Source of the DNA: Candidatus Poseidoniaceae archaeon | GTDB taxonomy: Archaea; Thermoplasmatota; Poseidoniia; Poseidoniales; Poseidoniaceae | NCBI GenBank assembly: GCA_965662895.1 | Contig: CBFIJH010000008.1 | Span: forward strand, 27,852-91,851 | Reading direction: 5' to 3' | Length of the DNA stretch: 64,000 nucleotides | Shown here: positions 39,160 to 48,781 of the stretch, piece by piece | Layout of the letters: each line of letters begins with the position of its first letter | Numbering within the stretch: position 1 is the stretch's first letter | Notes under the pieces: model-generated | The model's database searches: none | What the model was told of the DNA's origin: nothing | The model's input: the letters and a program-made list of their open reading frames with translations, nothing else | Program-made: the position numbers and the translations under genes

Positions 39160-39987
39160 ATGTCAGAAGAACGTCACATACCGGGCCCTCCGAGCGAACT
39201 TGCAGACACTTTGAATCACTGGAGAGACCTGTTTCAAAGGAAGCATGCAGAGGATTTTGAAGCTCTGAAAGGATTGGATGCGATGGATGTTCCAATATTT
39301 TCCTTCCTCGTTGATTATGCAGATATTGATCAAGATGACCTTCTCAGTCTTCGATTTAATGAATTTCCAGAAAACACCGTCGAACAAGCAAACGAAGTCC
39401 TGCGATCAATGGGCTCTGAACATACCGATGTGCGGTGTGTTCTGAGGCCGATTCTGTTTCCAGATGAGAAATTGAAAAGCGTTTCCAGTTTGCGAATGCG
39501 AAACCGTGGTGAGTTGGTAAGTCTCATTGTCAAGATTCACGATGTTGGGCCCCGCCTCGGCTATCTCAAAAGGGCGCTTTACACATGCAAAGCCTGTGGC
39601 CACAGAGAGGAAGTTCCACAACGCGTTGCCCGAGAGCGCAGGCGACCAGCAGGACCCTGTCGTGTTTGTCTTGAAGATGCTCAACAGGCGTTGGGGGACA
39701 ACGTTTCCTACAGCCTCTACAAGCGCCTCGAATCTCTCTTGCAACTTACTGCAGAGGGTTCATTTTACCAAGACATTCAATATCTAAGCGTTCATGATGC
39801 CAAAGAACCGAACGAACAACCCATTCAGGTTCTAGTTGATGACGAATACGTCGATAGGCACAAACCAGGCGAAATCATCCGAATTAACGGCATTGTTTCC
39901 ATCGACCCGATTCCAGATCGAAATTTCATAAAGGATACTCGTCGAATCTTACAAGTTCGAGCTTTGAGCATTGAAGAAGTTTCATGA
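39160..39987 (+). CDS. MCM N-terminal domain-only protein (helical domain, Zn finger, OB fold; no AAA+ domain)
   Basis: SSLR...GELVSL; CKAC...CRVC; SFYQDIQYL; VDDEYVDRHKPGE..RINGI; stop directly after the OB fold. Confidence 0.8.
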   Translation: MSEERHIPGPPSELADTLNHWRDLFQRKHAEDFEALKGLDAMDVPIFSFLVDYADIDQDDLLSLRFNEFPENTVEQANEVLRSMGSEHTDVRCVLRPILFPDEKLKSVSSLRMRNRGELVSLIVKIHDVGPRLGYLKRALYTCKACGHREEVPQRVARERRRPAGPCRVCLEDAQQALGDNVSYSLYKRLESLLQLTAEGSFYQDIQYLSVHDAKEPNEQPIQVLVDDEYVDRHKPGEIIRINGIVSIDPIPDRNFIKDTRRILQVRALSIEEVS

Positions 39988-41124
39988 TGTGATCTCAAGC
40001 ATCCGCTTGTAGGCTTCTGGGTTTGCTTCGAAATGCTCGGCGATTGAGGACAAACCCGCTGCGACGCCAGCAGCGACGCCCATCTTCGCGTCGAATGGAT
40101 GCAAAGTCCCATCCATCACTGCAGTTTTGAAGGATTCCAAGTCCTTCCACGTGCTTGGTTCACCAAATTTTGGATTTGGTGTGACTTGAATGTGTCCAAA
40201 TTCGGGAAAAACAACATGTTCAGCAAGTTCGTAGACTGGGGAATGTTCATCTGCAGGATCAAGATATGCTTTCTTCATTTTCTTTTGCACCTGTTCAAGT
40301 GTGTCGTGAAGAAGAAGCGCTCCGTTCGGATCAGACTTGCTCATCTTGTGGTCGAACGAATCCATACGTACGCCTGATGCTTTCAGTGAGGAAAGGATAG
40401 GTGTGTGGAGACAGGTTGCTTTTTCCCAATTCCACTTCGATGCCATATCCCGCATGAACATGTGGGCTTTGCGTTGATCCATTCCTCCAATCGCAACGTC
40501 AATGTCGAGTTCAAAAATGTCGGCAGCCTGCATAGCAGGGTAATAGAACTTTGATAAATCATTGTCTGAGGAAGATTCATCCCGACCCATAATGGTGAAT
40601 GTTTTTCGCACCATTGGTAGCGTAGCCCCTTTTGAACAACGGAGAACGCGAGCCCAATAGTCTCCAGAATTCATGAGTTGACTCGCCCAGTAAAAGCGAA
40701 GTTGCCCTGGCCCATCACCCTCCTCGGGATGGTCAAGAAGGGCACGGAAGGTTTCCTCCATGTACACCGCTGTTTGCTGAATGTCTTCCATGTTGCCTCC
40801 AAACTTGTCGTTGACCCATGCGTGCCAGTCGGCAAGGAAAATGAGGACGTTTGCATCAGCTTCAAGCATTCTTTTGAGTTGAAGAGAGAGGACCTTCCAC
40901 CCGATGTGTGCCCGACCACTTGGTTCAAAACCAACATAGCAACGAATGGTTCCATCACCACCCATCGATGTCTTTTCTGCTAAGCAGTCAACGATGTGTT
41001 CGATTCCAACACTCTCTTCAACATCTCCAATCATGAGATGAAGACGCTTTCGATCTTCATTTGAGAGTTCTTTAATCCGCTCGTACCGCTCTTCAAAGGG
41101 TTCGAGAAGAGCATCAAGAGTCAT
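39982..41124 (-). CDS. tyrS: Tyrosyl-tRNA synthetase (archaeal type)
   Basis: YVGFEPSG..HIGW, ADWHA, YPAMQAADI, GGMDQRK, KMSKS. Confidence 0.96.
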   Translation of the reverse strand: MTLDALLEPFEERYERIKELSNEDRKRLHLMIGDVEESVGIEHIVDCLAEKTSMGGDGTIRCYVGFEPSGRAHIGWKVLSLQLKRMLEADANVLIFLADWHAWVNDKFGGNMEDIQQTAVYMEETFRALLDHPEEGDGPGQLRFYWASQLMNSGDYWARVLRCSKGATLPMVRKTFTIMGRDESSSDNDLSKFYYPAMQAADIFELDIDVAIGGMDQRKAHMFMRDMASKWNWEKATCLHTPILSSLKASGVRMDSFDHKMSKSDPNGALLLHDTLEQVQKKMKKAYLDPADEHSPVYELAEHVVFPEFGHIQVTPNPKFGEPSTWKDLESFKTAVMDGTLHPFDAKMGVAAGVAAGLSSIAEHFEANPEAYKRMLEITS

Positions 41125-41133
41125 AAAAAAACC

Positions 41134-41658
41134 TCAAACAAGTTCACTGAGTTTCTTGACACGCCCTTCTGAAGGAGGTTCACCACGTTCAATCATTGCT
41201 TCCAATTCCGCAATCATCGTCTCGGCCTTATCGATTGTTTCTTGCGTAACGGTCGTGCTCATTTCAATCGACTTTCGAATCATCTTGATGGCGGATTTAG
41301 CCTTTGAGAATTTCTTTGCATCCTCTTTGGCTTTGTCACCACGTTGTTTTGCAGAATAGCCAGTTGCTTCATCGAGGAAGGCAGACCATCGACGTCGGCT
41401 TTCCAACGCTTTTTCACGACCACCATCTGCAGAGAGGAAGGCTTCGAGATCTGCACCTTTCAGTTGCGTTACAGCAACTTGCAACTTTCCTTTGTCTGTG
41501 TAGAATCCGTGAATGCTTGAAAGTAGACCAAATGATGCTTGGAATTCTCCGTCAGCATTGGCTTGAACATGCTCAAAATGTTGTGCTGCTAACTTTGCCA
41601 AACCTGCATTTCCACCGATTGATTTTTCGATACCTCGTTTAACTGCGAATCGCTCCAT
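41134..41658 (-). CDS. DUF5611-like archaeal protein with C-terminal helical extension
   Basis: M..F.VKRG...RRWSAFL..ATGYSAKQR. Confidence 0.65.
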   Translation of the reverse strand: MERFAVKRGIEKSIGGNAGLAKLAAQHFEHVQANADGEFQASFGLLSSIHGFYTDKGKLQVAVTQLKGADLEAFLSADGGREKALESRRRWSAFLDEATGYSAKQRGDKAKEDAKKFSKAKSAIKMIRKSIEMSTTVTQETIDKAETMIAELEAMIERGEPPSEGRVKKLSELV

Positions 41659-41747
41659 GACAACCCATCGGTACGAACCTCATAAGGCTCGCGAAGAAGA
41701 AACCAGCCAAAGAGTGGGGTTTTTCCGTCAAATCATGTGGGACGACC

Positions 41748-42920
41748 ATGCGCACAAGGGCTGTTTTGATGTTGCTCGTCCTTCTTATAGCGCCACTGGC
41801 AAGCGCAACCGAGGTTGGATTCAAACGGGAAAATCCTTTATTGAAACAAGCGCTAAGTATTCAATCGGGTGAAGTTTCACCAAACGGATCAAGCGTTCTG
41901 ATCGTTGGTGACGACGGGTTTGTTCACATGATTTCTGCCCTAAATCCAGGCGATAGAAGTCTCGATACACCGGTTGATAGCGACAGAACTGCACGATTCA
42001 ACGATGTTTCTTGGCACCCGAACGGAGAAACTGCATTGATTTCAGGCGATTACGGCGCTGCTCTTCGATATTCCTACAAGGACAACAGCATCGACGCAGT
42101 TAACGGAGCTGGAATCGTAGGATCCGTTGAATTGACCGCAACTTCCTGGAGAGCAGGGGGAGATCTTGCGTTTTTCGGAGCAAAGAACGGAAACATCTAC
42201 AGTTTCAGCGAGGGTGAAGGAATGGTTGAATTGAACAACACCCAATCCTCAGAGGTTTCAGATATTGCTTGTCATCTGGAGCAGAACATTTGTGTTGTCT
42301 CAACTCTCGGTGACGGTCTTGCAGTCATTGACAGAACCCGAGAAGTCACCTGGCTTGATGGAACCTCTGGTGACACTTGGGTTGCAGTTGACTGTTCGGA
42401 CCCCACCTATCTCAAGTGTGCCGCATTCGCAAGTGGTAGAAAGCATGTATCAATTACACTCGATATTCAAGATGCATCTAAATCAACGACTGGTCAAGTT
42501 CAACAATTGTTGGAAGGCTCGACCGAATTCATTGCTGCAAGCAGAGGATACGACGGAACTTCTCTCATCCACCTCGCCCCAATGGAATCAGTACGATACC
42601 AACTCGATGCTGACATGGGTTCTGTTTTCATGCATGTTGAATCCGATGCGATAACGTCGTTTGATGCTGAGATATCCGGCCAACGAATTGCATTCATGTG
42701 GGAGGTTGGTGAAGATTCGGGTTGGTTCCTGACAAATGAAGGAGAAATTGTTGAGATTTATCCTGTTGAAACCTATGAGAGTCTTGGCATTATGGAGACG
42801 ATTGTTTTTGCAGCGGTTGCCATCTCGGTGCCGGGAGTCATCATTGGATTGATTTTCATGAACAGCCCGTATTTGCAGAGAAAGTACAGGCAACTGCGTG
42901 GCTTTGAAAAGAAAGAATGA
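41748..42920 (+). CDS. Secreted/membrane-anchored WD40-like beta-propeller protein
   Basis: Signal peptide, DVSWHPNG-type blades, C-terminal TM helix with basic tail. Confidence 0.75.
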   Translation: MRTRAVLMLLVLLIAPLASATEVGFKRENPLLKQALSIQSGEVSPNGSSVLIVGDDGFVHMISALNPGDRSLDTPVDSDRTARFNDVSWHPNGETALISGDYGAALRYSYKDNSIDAVNGAGIVGSVELTATSWRAGGDLAFFGAKNGNIYSFSEGEGMVELNNTQSSEVSDIACHLEQNICVVSTLGDGLAVIDRTREVTWLDGTSGDTWVAVDCSDPTYLKCAAFASGRKHVSITLDIQDASKSTTGQVQQLLEGSTEFIAASRGYDGTSLIHLAPMESVRYQLDADMGSVFMHVESDAITSFDAEISGQRIAFMWEVGEDSGWFLTNEGEIVEIYPVETYESLGIMETIVFAAVAISVPGVIIGLIFMNSPYLQRKYRQLRGFEKKE

Positions 42921-42991
42921 GCAGAAAGAACATTTGTTCCAAGGGCTAAGGTTCATCAATTGTGTCGCACCCCACGATTTGAGGGAACGGA

Positions 42992-44167
42992 ATGGAACCT
43001 TTCGAAGCCATCGACTTTTACGATATCGAATCTTTACTCACTGAAGAAGAAATCATGATCCGTGACCTTGTCCGAGAATGGGTCGATGAAGAAGTCATTC
43101 CAAAGATTGAACAAGCGTGCGAAGAAGGTGTCTTTCTCGATGAGTGGCGTGTCGCGCTCGGTGAGATGGGTGTTCTCGGTGCACCACTCAAAGGCTACGG
43201 CTGCCCGGGTTTGTCCTATGTCGCTTACGGGTTGATTTGTCAAGAACTTGAACGTGGAGATTCAGGACTTCGTTCCTTTGCGTCTGTGCAAGGATCGCTT
43301 GCAATGTACCCAATCTGGGATTTCGGAAGTGAAGAACAAAAGAATCACTACTTGCCAAAGATGACATCTGGAGAATGGATTGGATGCTTTGGATTGACTG
43401 AACCAGATTATGGCTCAAACCCAGGAGATATGATTACCAAGGCGGAAGACAAAGGTGACCATTATTTGCTCAACGGGGCGAAGATGTGGATTACCAATGG
43501 AACCATTGCTGATGTTGCCGTTGTATGGGCGAAACTCGATGGCGTCATCCGTGGATTCATCGTCGAAAAAGGAGATGAAGGATTTAGTGCACCAGAAATG
43601 AAAGGAAAACACTCACTCAAGGCATCGGTCACATCTGAACTCGTGTTCCAAGACTGTAAGATTCCAAAGGACCGAATTCTGCCGGGTGTGAAGGGACTAC
43701 GTGGACCATTTTCATGCCTCAACAATGCCCGATACGGAATTTCATGGGGTGCACTTGGCGCAGCGATGGCGTGTTTCCACAGTGCGAAAACCTATGCATT
43801 AAGCAGAATACAATTCGATCATCCGATCGCATCGTACCAACTCGTTCAAAACAAGTTAGCATGGATGCTTCGTGAGATAACCAAAGGTCAACTCCTCGCC
43901 TATCACCTTGGTCGAAAGAAAGACGATGGTACATGGTTCAACGAGCAAATTTCACTCGCCAAGATGAACAACGTTGACATCGCTCTTGAAATCGCTCGAG
44001 TTTCGAGAGACATCCATGGCGCAAATGGCATTCTCGATGAATATCCAGTCATGCGTCACATGGCCAATCTCGAGTCTGTTAAGACCTATGAAGGCACACA
44101 TGATATCCACAATCTCATTCTTGGCCGATACATCACTGGAATACAGGCATTCACTCGACAGGCTTGA
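42992..44167 (+). CDS. gcdH: Glutaryl-CoA dehydrogenase-like acyl-CoA dehydrogenase
   Basis: ELERGDSG.RS..SVQ, GCFGLTEPDYGS, KMWITNG, TYEGTHDIH. Confidence 0.88.
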   Translation: MEPFEAIDFYDIESLLTEEEIMIRDLVREWVDEEVIPKIEQACEEGVFLDEWRVALGEMGVLGAPLKGYGCPGLSYVAYGLICQELERGDSGLRSFASVQGSLAMYPIWDFGSEEQKNHYLPKMTSGEWIGCFGLTEPDYGSNPGDMITKAEDKGDHYLLNGAKMWITNGTIADVAVVWAKLDGVIRGFIVEKGDEGFSAPEMKGKHSLKASVTSELVFQDCKIPKDRILPGVKGLRGPFSCLNNARYGISWGALGAAMACFHSAKTYALSRIQFDHPIASYQLVQNKLAWMLREITKGQLLAYHLGRKKDDGTWFNEQISLAKMNNVDIALEIARVSRDIHGANGILDEYPVMRHMANLESVKTYEGTHDIHNLILGRYITGIQAFTRQA

Positions 44168-44173
44168 TCGTCG

Positions 44174-44692
44174 ATGTACGCATACCTCCGTTTGTTACGG
44201 ATGTTTTTCGTTCATGCTTTTCGACGGAAACAGGTCATCAACCCGTTGGAAGAACAAACATGGCGAGTTCGACCCGGAATCTGGGACATCGACGTTTATC
44301 CAGAGGTCAACAATGGACGACATTTTGTTTTGTTCGATTTAGCTCGGTATGACCTCGCTTTGAAAATCGGATTGTTTCGATGGGTTCGTAAGAAGAAAGC
44401 GGCTTTTGTGGTAGGAGGATCAAGCATCCGATACCGTCATCGCTTGCGTCCGTGGCGAAAAATGGAAGTCAAAACCAAACTCGTTGGTATGGATGAACGA
44501 TTCTTTTACTTCCAGCAGCGGACTGTTCAATCCGGGCGAACATGCTCAAGCGCCTTGTTGCGAACAGGTGTACGCAAGAACGGAGCAATTCTCACATCAA
44601 AGGTGCTTGATGGCATTGGTTTGGAAATCGAACCGTTCATGGAACCATGGGTCGAACAATGGAACCAATGGGACGAAGGCCGCCCTTCGTAA
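44174..44692 (+). CDS. Hotdog-fold thioesterase (4HBT/THEM6-like)
   Basis: WDIDVY.EVNNGR...DLAR; IRYR..L. Confidence 0.85.
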   Translation: MYAYLRLLRMFFVHAFRRKQVINPLEEQTWRVRPGIWDIDVYPEVNNGRHFVLFDLARYDLALKIGLFRWVRKKKAAFVVGGSSIRYRHRLRPWRKMEVKTKLVGMDERFFYFQQRTVQSGRTCSSALLRTGVRKNGAILTSKVLDGIGLEIEPFMEPWVEQWNQWDEGRPS

Positions 44693-44703
44693 GGGAAATT
44701 AAA

Positions 44704-45999
44704 TCAAACATTGGGCAGTAAACCAACGCGCGCCAGTCCACCCCATACAGGGTCGAGGAATCGTGGCAAAAATCGATGTCGTAGGTAAACCGCAGCAGCG
44801 AGGCTCAACTTTTGCAATTTGTTGAGTTTGACGCGTCGAGTAAATACATCACCTTGTTGCTTTTCGATTTGTTTCAATATTTTATCATAAAACGCAATCA
44901 TAGCTGCGGGTGAGTATCGAGTTCTTCGAGGAAGCAGTGGGAGAAGTTGTCGGGCTTCTTCGAGATACGTGCGTGCTCGCTTCGCATAGTGGTGGCAATA
45001 AGGCTCCCAAGTTGAATTGAGAATAACCTTTCCACCAACAAGGTTCTGTTCGGTTATGCCATTTCTTTCGAGTTCGTCCAGCGGAAGGTAAACACGATCT
45101 CGTTCGATGTCTTCACCAACATCGCGGAGAACATTGGTCAATTGCATGAAGATGCCCCAAGATTCAGCGAACTTACGGGCTCGTGGATCATCGTATCCAT
45201 AGATTTCTATGCACATCAGGCCGACAACAGAGGCCACACGGTAACAATAAACATACAACTCTTCGAATGTCCGGTATCGGTTGCTGTAAAGATCGTCTTC
45301 CATTCCAGAGATGAGGTCATCAAACACACCTCGTGGTATGTTGTATCGCTCGATTGTGTCTTTGAGTGCAAGGAAAACTGGATCCGTGCTGTAGACATCG
45401 TTGTAGCATGTTGAGAGTTTCTTCCTGAAGAAAAACAGTTGATTGATTTTGTTGAGGTAGACATCATCGTCCAAGATTGTTGTTCGGTTTTGCAGCGACT
45501 CAAGTTGTTGGCGGTATTCCGCGGCCTCTTGACTGAGTTCAGTGGTGGAACCAGGGAAACGATCTGCCCAATCGCCATCAGCGATGTCATCTGCTCGGCG
45601 ACAAAATGCATAGACTGCGCACATTGCCAGTCGTTGTTCCTCTGGCAAATACTTGAAGGAGTGATAGAAGTTCCCTGCTTCCTTTTTGGTGAGTTCTTCA
45701 CAATACCTGTAAGCCAAACGGTACAATTCAACAGGGGGTTGATCGGACCATATTGGTGCATCAAGGTCAACAAATGGGTCAATCAATTCATTCTCATCAT
45801 TGAACAAACCAATCATCATTGCACCTTCGCGCAGGGCTTCCATCGCCGTAACGCTCACTGCTTTGACAGCATCTCGTGCAAGCATGACACCCGCTCTTAG
45901 TCGGTCCAACGGTGTTGGTGATGTTTTCGCCTCGACTGAATTGTCTGCCCCTCCTTTGAGTGGGAAAAGCAGGTCCAGAGGTTTCCGGCGTTCCAACAT
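44704..45999 (-). CDS. Phytoene/squalene synthase family (CrtB/HpnD-like) with N-terminal extension
   Basis: YAFCRRADDIAD, GMEDD, YCYRVASVVG, QLTNVLRDVGED..RVYLP. Confidence 0.9.
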   Translation of the reverse strand: MLERRKPLDLLFPLKGGADNSVEAKTSPTPLDRLRAGVMLARDAVKAVSVTAMEALREGAMMIGLFNDENELIDPFVDLDAPIWSDQPPVELYRLAYRYCEELTKKEAGNFYHSFKYLPEEQRLAMCAVYAFCRRADDIADGDWADRFPGSTTELSQEAAEYRQQLESLQNRTTILDDDVYLNKINQLFFFRKKLSTCYNDVYSTDPVFLALKDTIERYNIPRGVFDDLISGMEDDLYSNRYRTFEELYVYCYRVASVVGLMCIEIYGYDDPRARKFAESWGIFMQLTNVLRDVGEDIERDRVYLPLDELERNGITEQNLVGGKVILNSTWEPYCHHYAKRARTYLEEARQLLPLLPRRTRYSPAAMIAFYDKILKQIEKQQGDVFTRRVKLNKLQKLSLAAAVYLRHRFLPRFLDPVWGGLARVGLLPNV

Positions 46000-46105
46000 C
46001 GTAAACAACTCTCCCTAACGCTCGTTGTTTAAGAGTCCTCCTCTCGAAAGTTCGGACAACGACTTGGTTAACTTATTTGTGAGTTTTAACTCACTAAGAA
46101 TACTT

Positions 46106-47122
46106 CTATGCATTCTTATTTTTTTCAAGGAGGCGTTTCACACCTCCAGGGAGAATCAAGGCGCGAAGTAATTTCTTGAAGTAAACTTTCATTTCATCCC
46201 GAGTAACTTTGATTTTTTCATCCGAATCGAGAATATTTCCTTCCCTTAGCAGTGTAACCGTCCGTTGGCCGATCAGAACGGGAAGCATCGAGGCTGCTTT
46301 GAGTCTGAACTGACGGTCAGGAATCATGCGAATGTATTCAATTGCTGCATCCAGATGCGCACTTGTCAAGTCGAGATACATATCGTAAAGCGGTCGGAAT
46401 GCATCGATATTGGTGTGATCGAGCAACTGATTCGGAGTCAATTCATGCTTCTTTAGTGATGGTTCTGGTATGTAACAACGACCAAATCGTAAATCTTCAG
46501 GAATATCACGAAGAATGTTGATCATTTGCAATGCTTTACCGAAACGAATTCCATTTTCAAAGAACACTTCTTCTTTGTCTTTCGGCAAGGAAATGATGTG
46601 GGCCAATGACATCTTTGTCCAAAAGACGCCTACACATCCTGCTACTCTGTAGGTGTAATCGTCCAATTCTTGTTCGGATTTAAGGGCGGAAATATCTCCA
46701 CCCTCACGAGCAATTCCAAAACGTTGCAAATCAAGGATTTGTCCTCCGACAATCACATCCAAACATTCCAACATCCGTTCTTGGTCGCCATCGCTGTAGA
46801 TATGTAGGGCATTGACAACCTTCTCAACATTTCTCAGGAGTTCACCTTCATCGGGATTGGATTGAATGTCAGCGAGGGCAGCCAAATCTGGCAATTGGGT
46901 GGATCTTCCCTGTGCTACATCGTTATATTCGGTTAATGCTTCGATAAGTGAAGCCGTTTCACCATCTTTCGAATCTGCAATGGTGTCTGCTACTCGAGCG
47001 AGGAGATAGAGAAGTCCGATTTGTCCGCGAATCTTCTTGGGAAGATACTTCAGAGTTGGGTAAAACGAACGCGATGTTTTTTCCAAGAGGAGGTCAATTT
47101 CAGCGTCAATAAGAACCGACAT
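46106..47122 (-). CDS. Squalene synthase-like (farnesyl-diphosphate farnesyltransferase family)
   Basis: TSRSF, YLLARVADTIAD, YTYRVAGCVG, LQMINILRDIPED..GRCYIP. Confidence 0.88.
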   Translation of the reverse strand: MSVLIDAEIDLLLEKTSRSFYPTLKYLPKKIRGQIGLLYLLARVADTIADSKDGETASLIEALTEYNDVAQGRSTQLPDLAALADIQSNPDEGELLRNVEKVVNALHIYSDGDQERMLECLDVIVGGQILDLQRFGIAREGGDISALKSEQELDDYTYRVAGCVGVFWTKMSLAHIISLPKDKEEVFFENGIRFGKALQMINILRDIPEDLRFGRCYIPEPSLKKHELTPNQLLDHTNIDAFRPLYDMYLDLTSAHLDAAIEYIRMIPDRQFRLKAASMLPVLIGQRTVTLLREGNILDSDEKIKVTRDEMKVYFKKLLRALILPGGVKRLLEKNKNA

Positions 47123-47248
47123 GTCTTCCCCCAAGTTCGACCAGAAACCTCTCCCGCATGAACATTCTTCTATATTCTAGGCGCATTTACAAAACATTGT
47201 AACGAAGACTTTAGAATCAAGGATGCATAGGTTTGGAAGGGTGAGGAG

Positions 47249-48769
47249 ATGGAGTGTGGTTCATGTGGCGCTGTCATACCCGATGATTCCATTTTCTGTT
47301 CCGAGTGTGGAGCACGCCAAGAATTCTCTCGAGCAGGTAGCTTTTCAGCAGTAGGAACGACAAGTTTGGGTGGCGGTGAAGCAACCGGAGGCCGTGGTTT
47401 TGGTGTCGTCTCGGGTGAAGCGGTACGTCAACAGAGAGAGATTCAACAACAAGGAATGCCTCAAGGAATACCTGCCGACATCCTTCAGAACATCGCATCA
47501 GGAATTCAACAACAAAACAACCTCCCTCCTGGTGGCCAACTTCCACACCAACAACCCGGTCAATTCCCTAATCAGATGAGCAACCAATTCCCACAACAGC
47601 AACCATTCGTCCCCCAACAAAATCCAATTCAGCAGAACGTACCAGTCAACACCCAACAAAGTGATATCCCTCAACAGCCAAGAGGTCCAACCCTTGGAAG
47701 TGGCGCCGTTCCAACATCCGTCGGTGAACAACAACTTGGGAAGCAACTCGGCGGTACGGCGGTCACAAACAATCCAGCCGCATCACCAACAGATGCGATG
47801 GTCAATCGATTGGCAGAGGCGGAACGTGCGGTCAAAAATGAACGAAGAAGTCAATGGTTGAATATGAACCAATCGAGTGCTTCAAATGTTCTTGCAAATT
47901 TGGGTGCTGATCTTCCATCACATCTCAAGGATGCGCAAGGCATAACGCCCGCAGCTGAAGTTCTTGCTGGTACAATGGGCCAATCAGCATCCGATGGCCC
48001 GAACGACGCTCTGCTTCGACGCATGTGCGAGGTTGCTTCTCGCAGAGTGGCTCGAAAGCGAGGTGTTGCCGTCGAGACACCGGAGGCAAAAATTGTCGAT
48101 GGAACGTTGGTGGTCAATCTAACCTACGTTGATGATGGTCGAGTTCTTGACACCCCTGAAGATCTCAGTTCTGCATTTGAGCACGCAATCCAAACCGAGG
48201 TTGCTCTCAAAGGGTACGATATGACAGTTGAAATCGTTCTATCATGCATGAAGGATGGCGAATTGTCAACGATTGGAGAAGAGGCCGAAGAGAACGATGA
48301 AGAGATGTTTGCTTGCGAAGTCTGTGATGGACTTGTCAAGGAATCGGATTCAAAATGCCCGCACTGCGGTGCAATATTCGAAGAAGAGGAAGAAATTGTC
48401 GAACAAACCCGTAAGGGACCTCCTGGACCTACACGAGCCGGTCCCCCGGGACCTTCGAGAGCAGGGCCACCGGGACCAAAGAAAGGAGGACCACCAGGGC
48501 CCTCTCGTTCAGGACCACCAGGGCCAAAGAAAGGTGGACCACCAGGACCTTCCAAAGGCGGACCGCCTGGGCCAAAGAAAGGCGGACCGCCTGGGCCATC
48601 ACGCGCAGGACCATCCAAAGGTGGACCGCCTGGGCCAAAAAAAGGTGGACCACCCGGACCATCCAAAGGCGGACCTCCTGGGCCAAAGAAAGGCGGACCT
48701 CCGAAGGGCGGACCGTCTGGACCAAAGAAAAGCGGACCACCTGGTCCGAAGCGAGGCCCTCCGAAATGA
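47249..48769 (+). CDS. Zinc-ribbon protein with Q/P-rich region, second Zn ribbon and Gly/Pro/Lys repeat tail
   Basis: C..CG...FCSECG at the N-terminus; CEVC..CPHCG; GGPPGP(KK/SK/SR) repeats. Confidence 0.8.
   Translation: MECGSCGAVIPDDSIFCSECGARQEFSRAGSFSAVGTTSLGGGEATGGRGFGVVSGEAVRQQREIQQQGMPQGIPADILQNIASGIQQQNNLPPGGQLPHQQPGQFPNQMSNQFPQQQPFVPQQNPIQQNVPVNTQQSDIPQQPRGPTLGSGAVPTSVGEQQLGKQLGGTAVTNNPAASPTDAMVNRLAEAERAVKNERRSQWLNMNQSSASNVLANLGADLPSHLKDAQGITPAAEVLAGTMGQSASDGPNDALLRRMCEVASRRVARKRGVAVETPEAKIVDGTLVVNLTYVDDGRVLDTPEDLSSAFEHAIQTEVALKGYDMTVEIVLSCMKDGELSTIGEEAEENDEEMFACEVCDGLVKESDSKCPHCGAIFEEEEEIVEQTRKGPPGPTRAGPPGPSRAGPPGPKKGGPPGPSRSGPPGPKKGGPPGPSKGGPPGPKKGGPPGPSRAGPSKGGPPGPKKGGPPGPSKGGPPGPKKGGPPKGGPSGPKKSGPPGPKRGPPK
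48415..48766 (+). repeat. Coding tandem repeat (24-bp / 8-aa unit GGPPGPKK)
   Basis: More than ten imperfect GGPPGP[KK|SK|SR] units. Confidence 0.9.
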
Positions 48770-48781
48770 GGAGGCGATTAG

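Noticed and set aside
39987-41124. Frameshifted continuation of MCM (AAA+ domain)
   Set aside because: The region is occupied by an intact tyrS on the opposite strand
48415-48766. Collagen triple-helix domain
   Set aside because: The 8-residue unit GGPPGPKK breaks continuous Gly-X-Y periodicity
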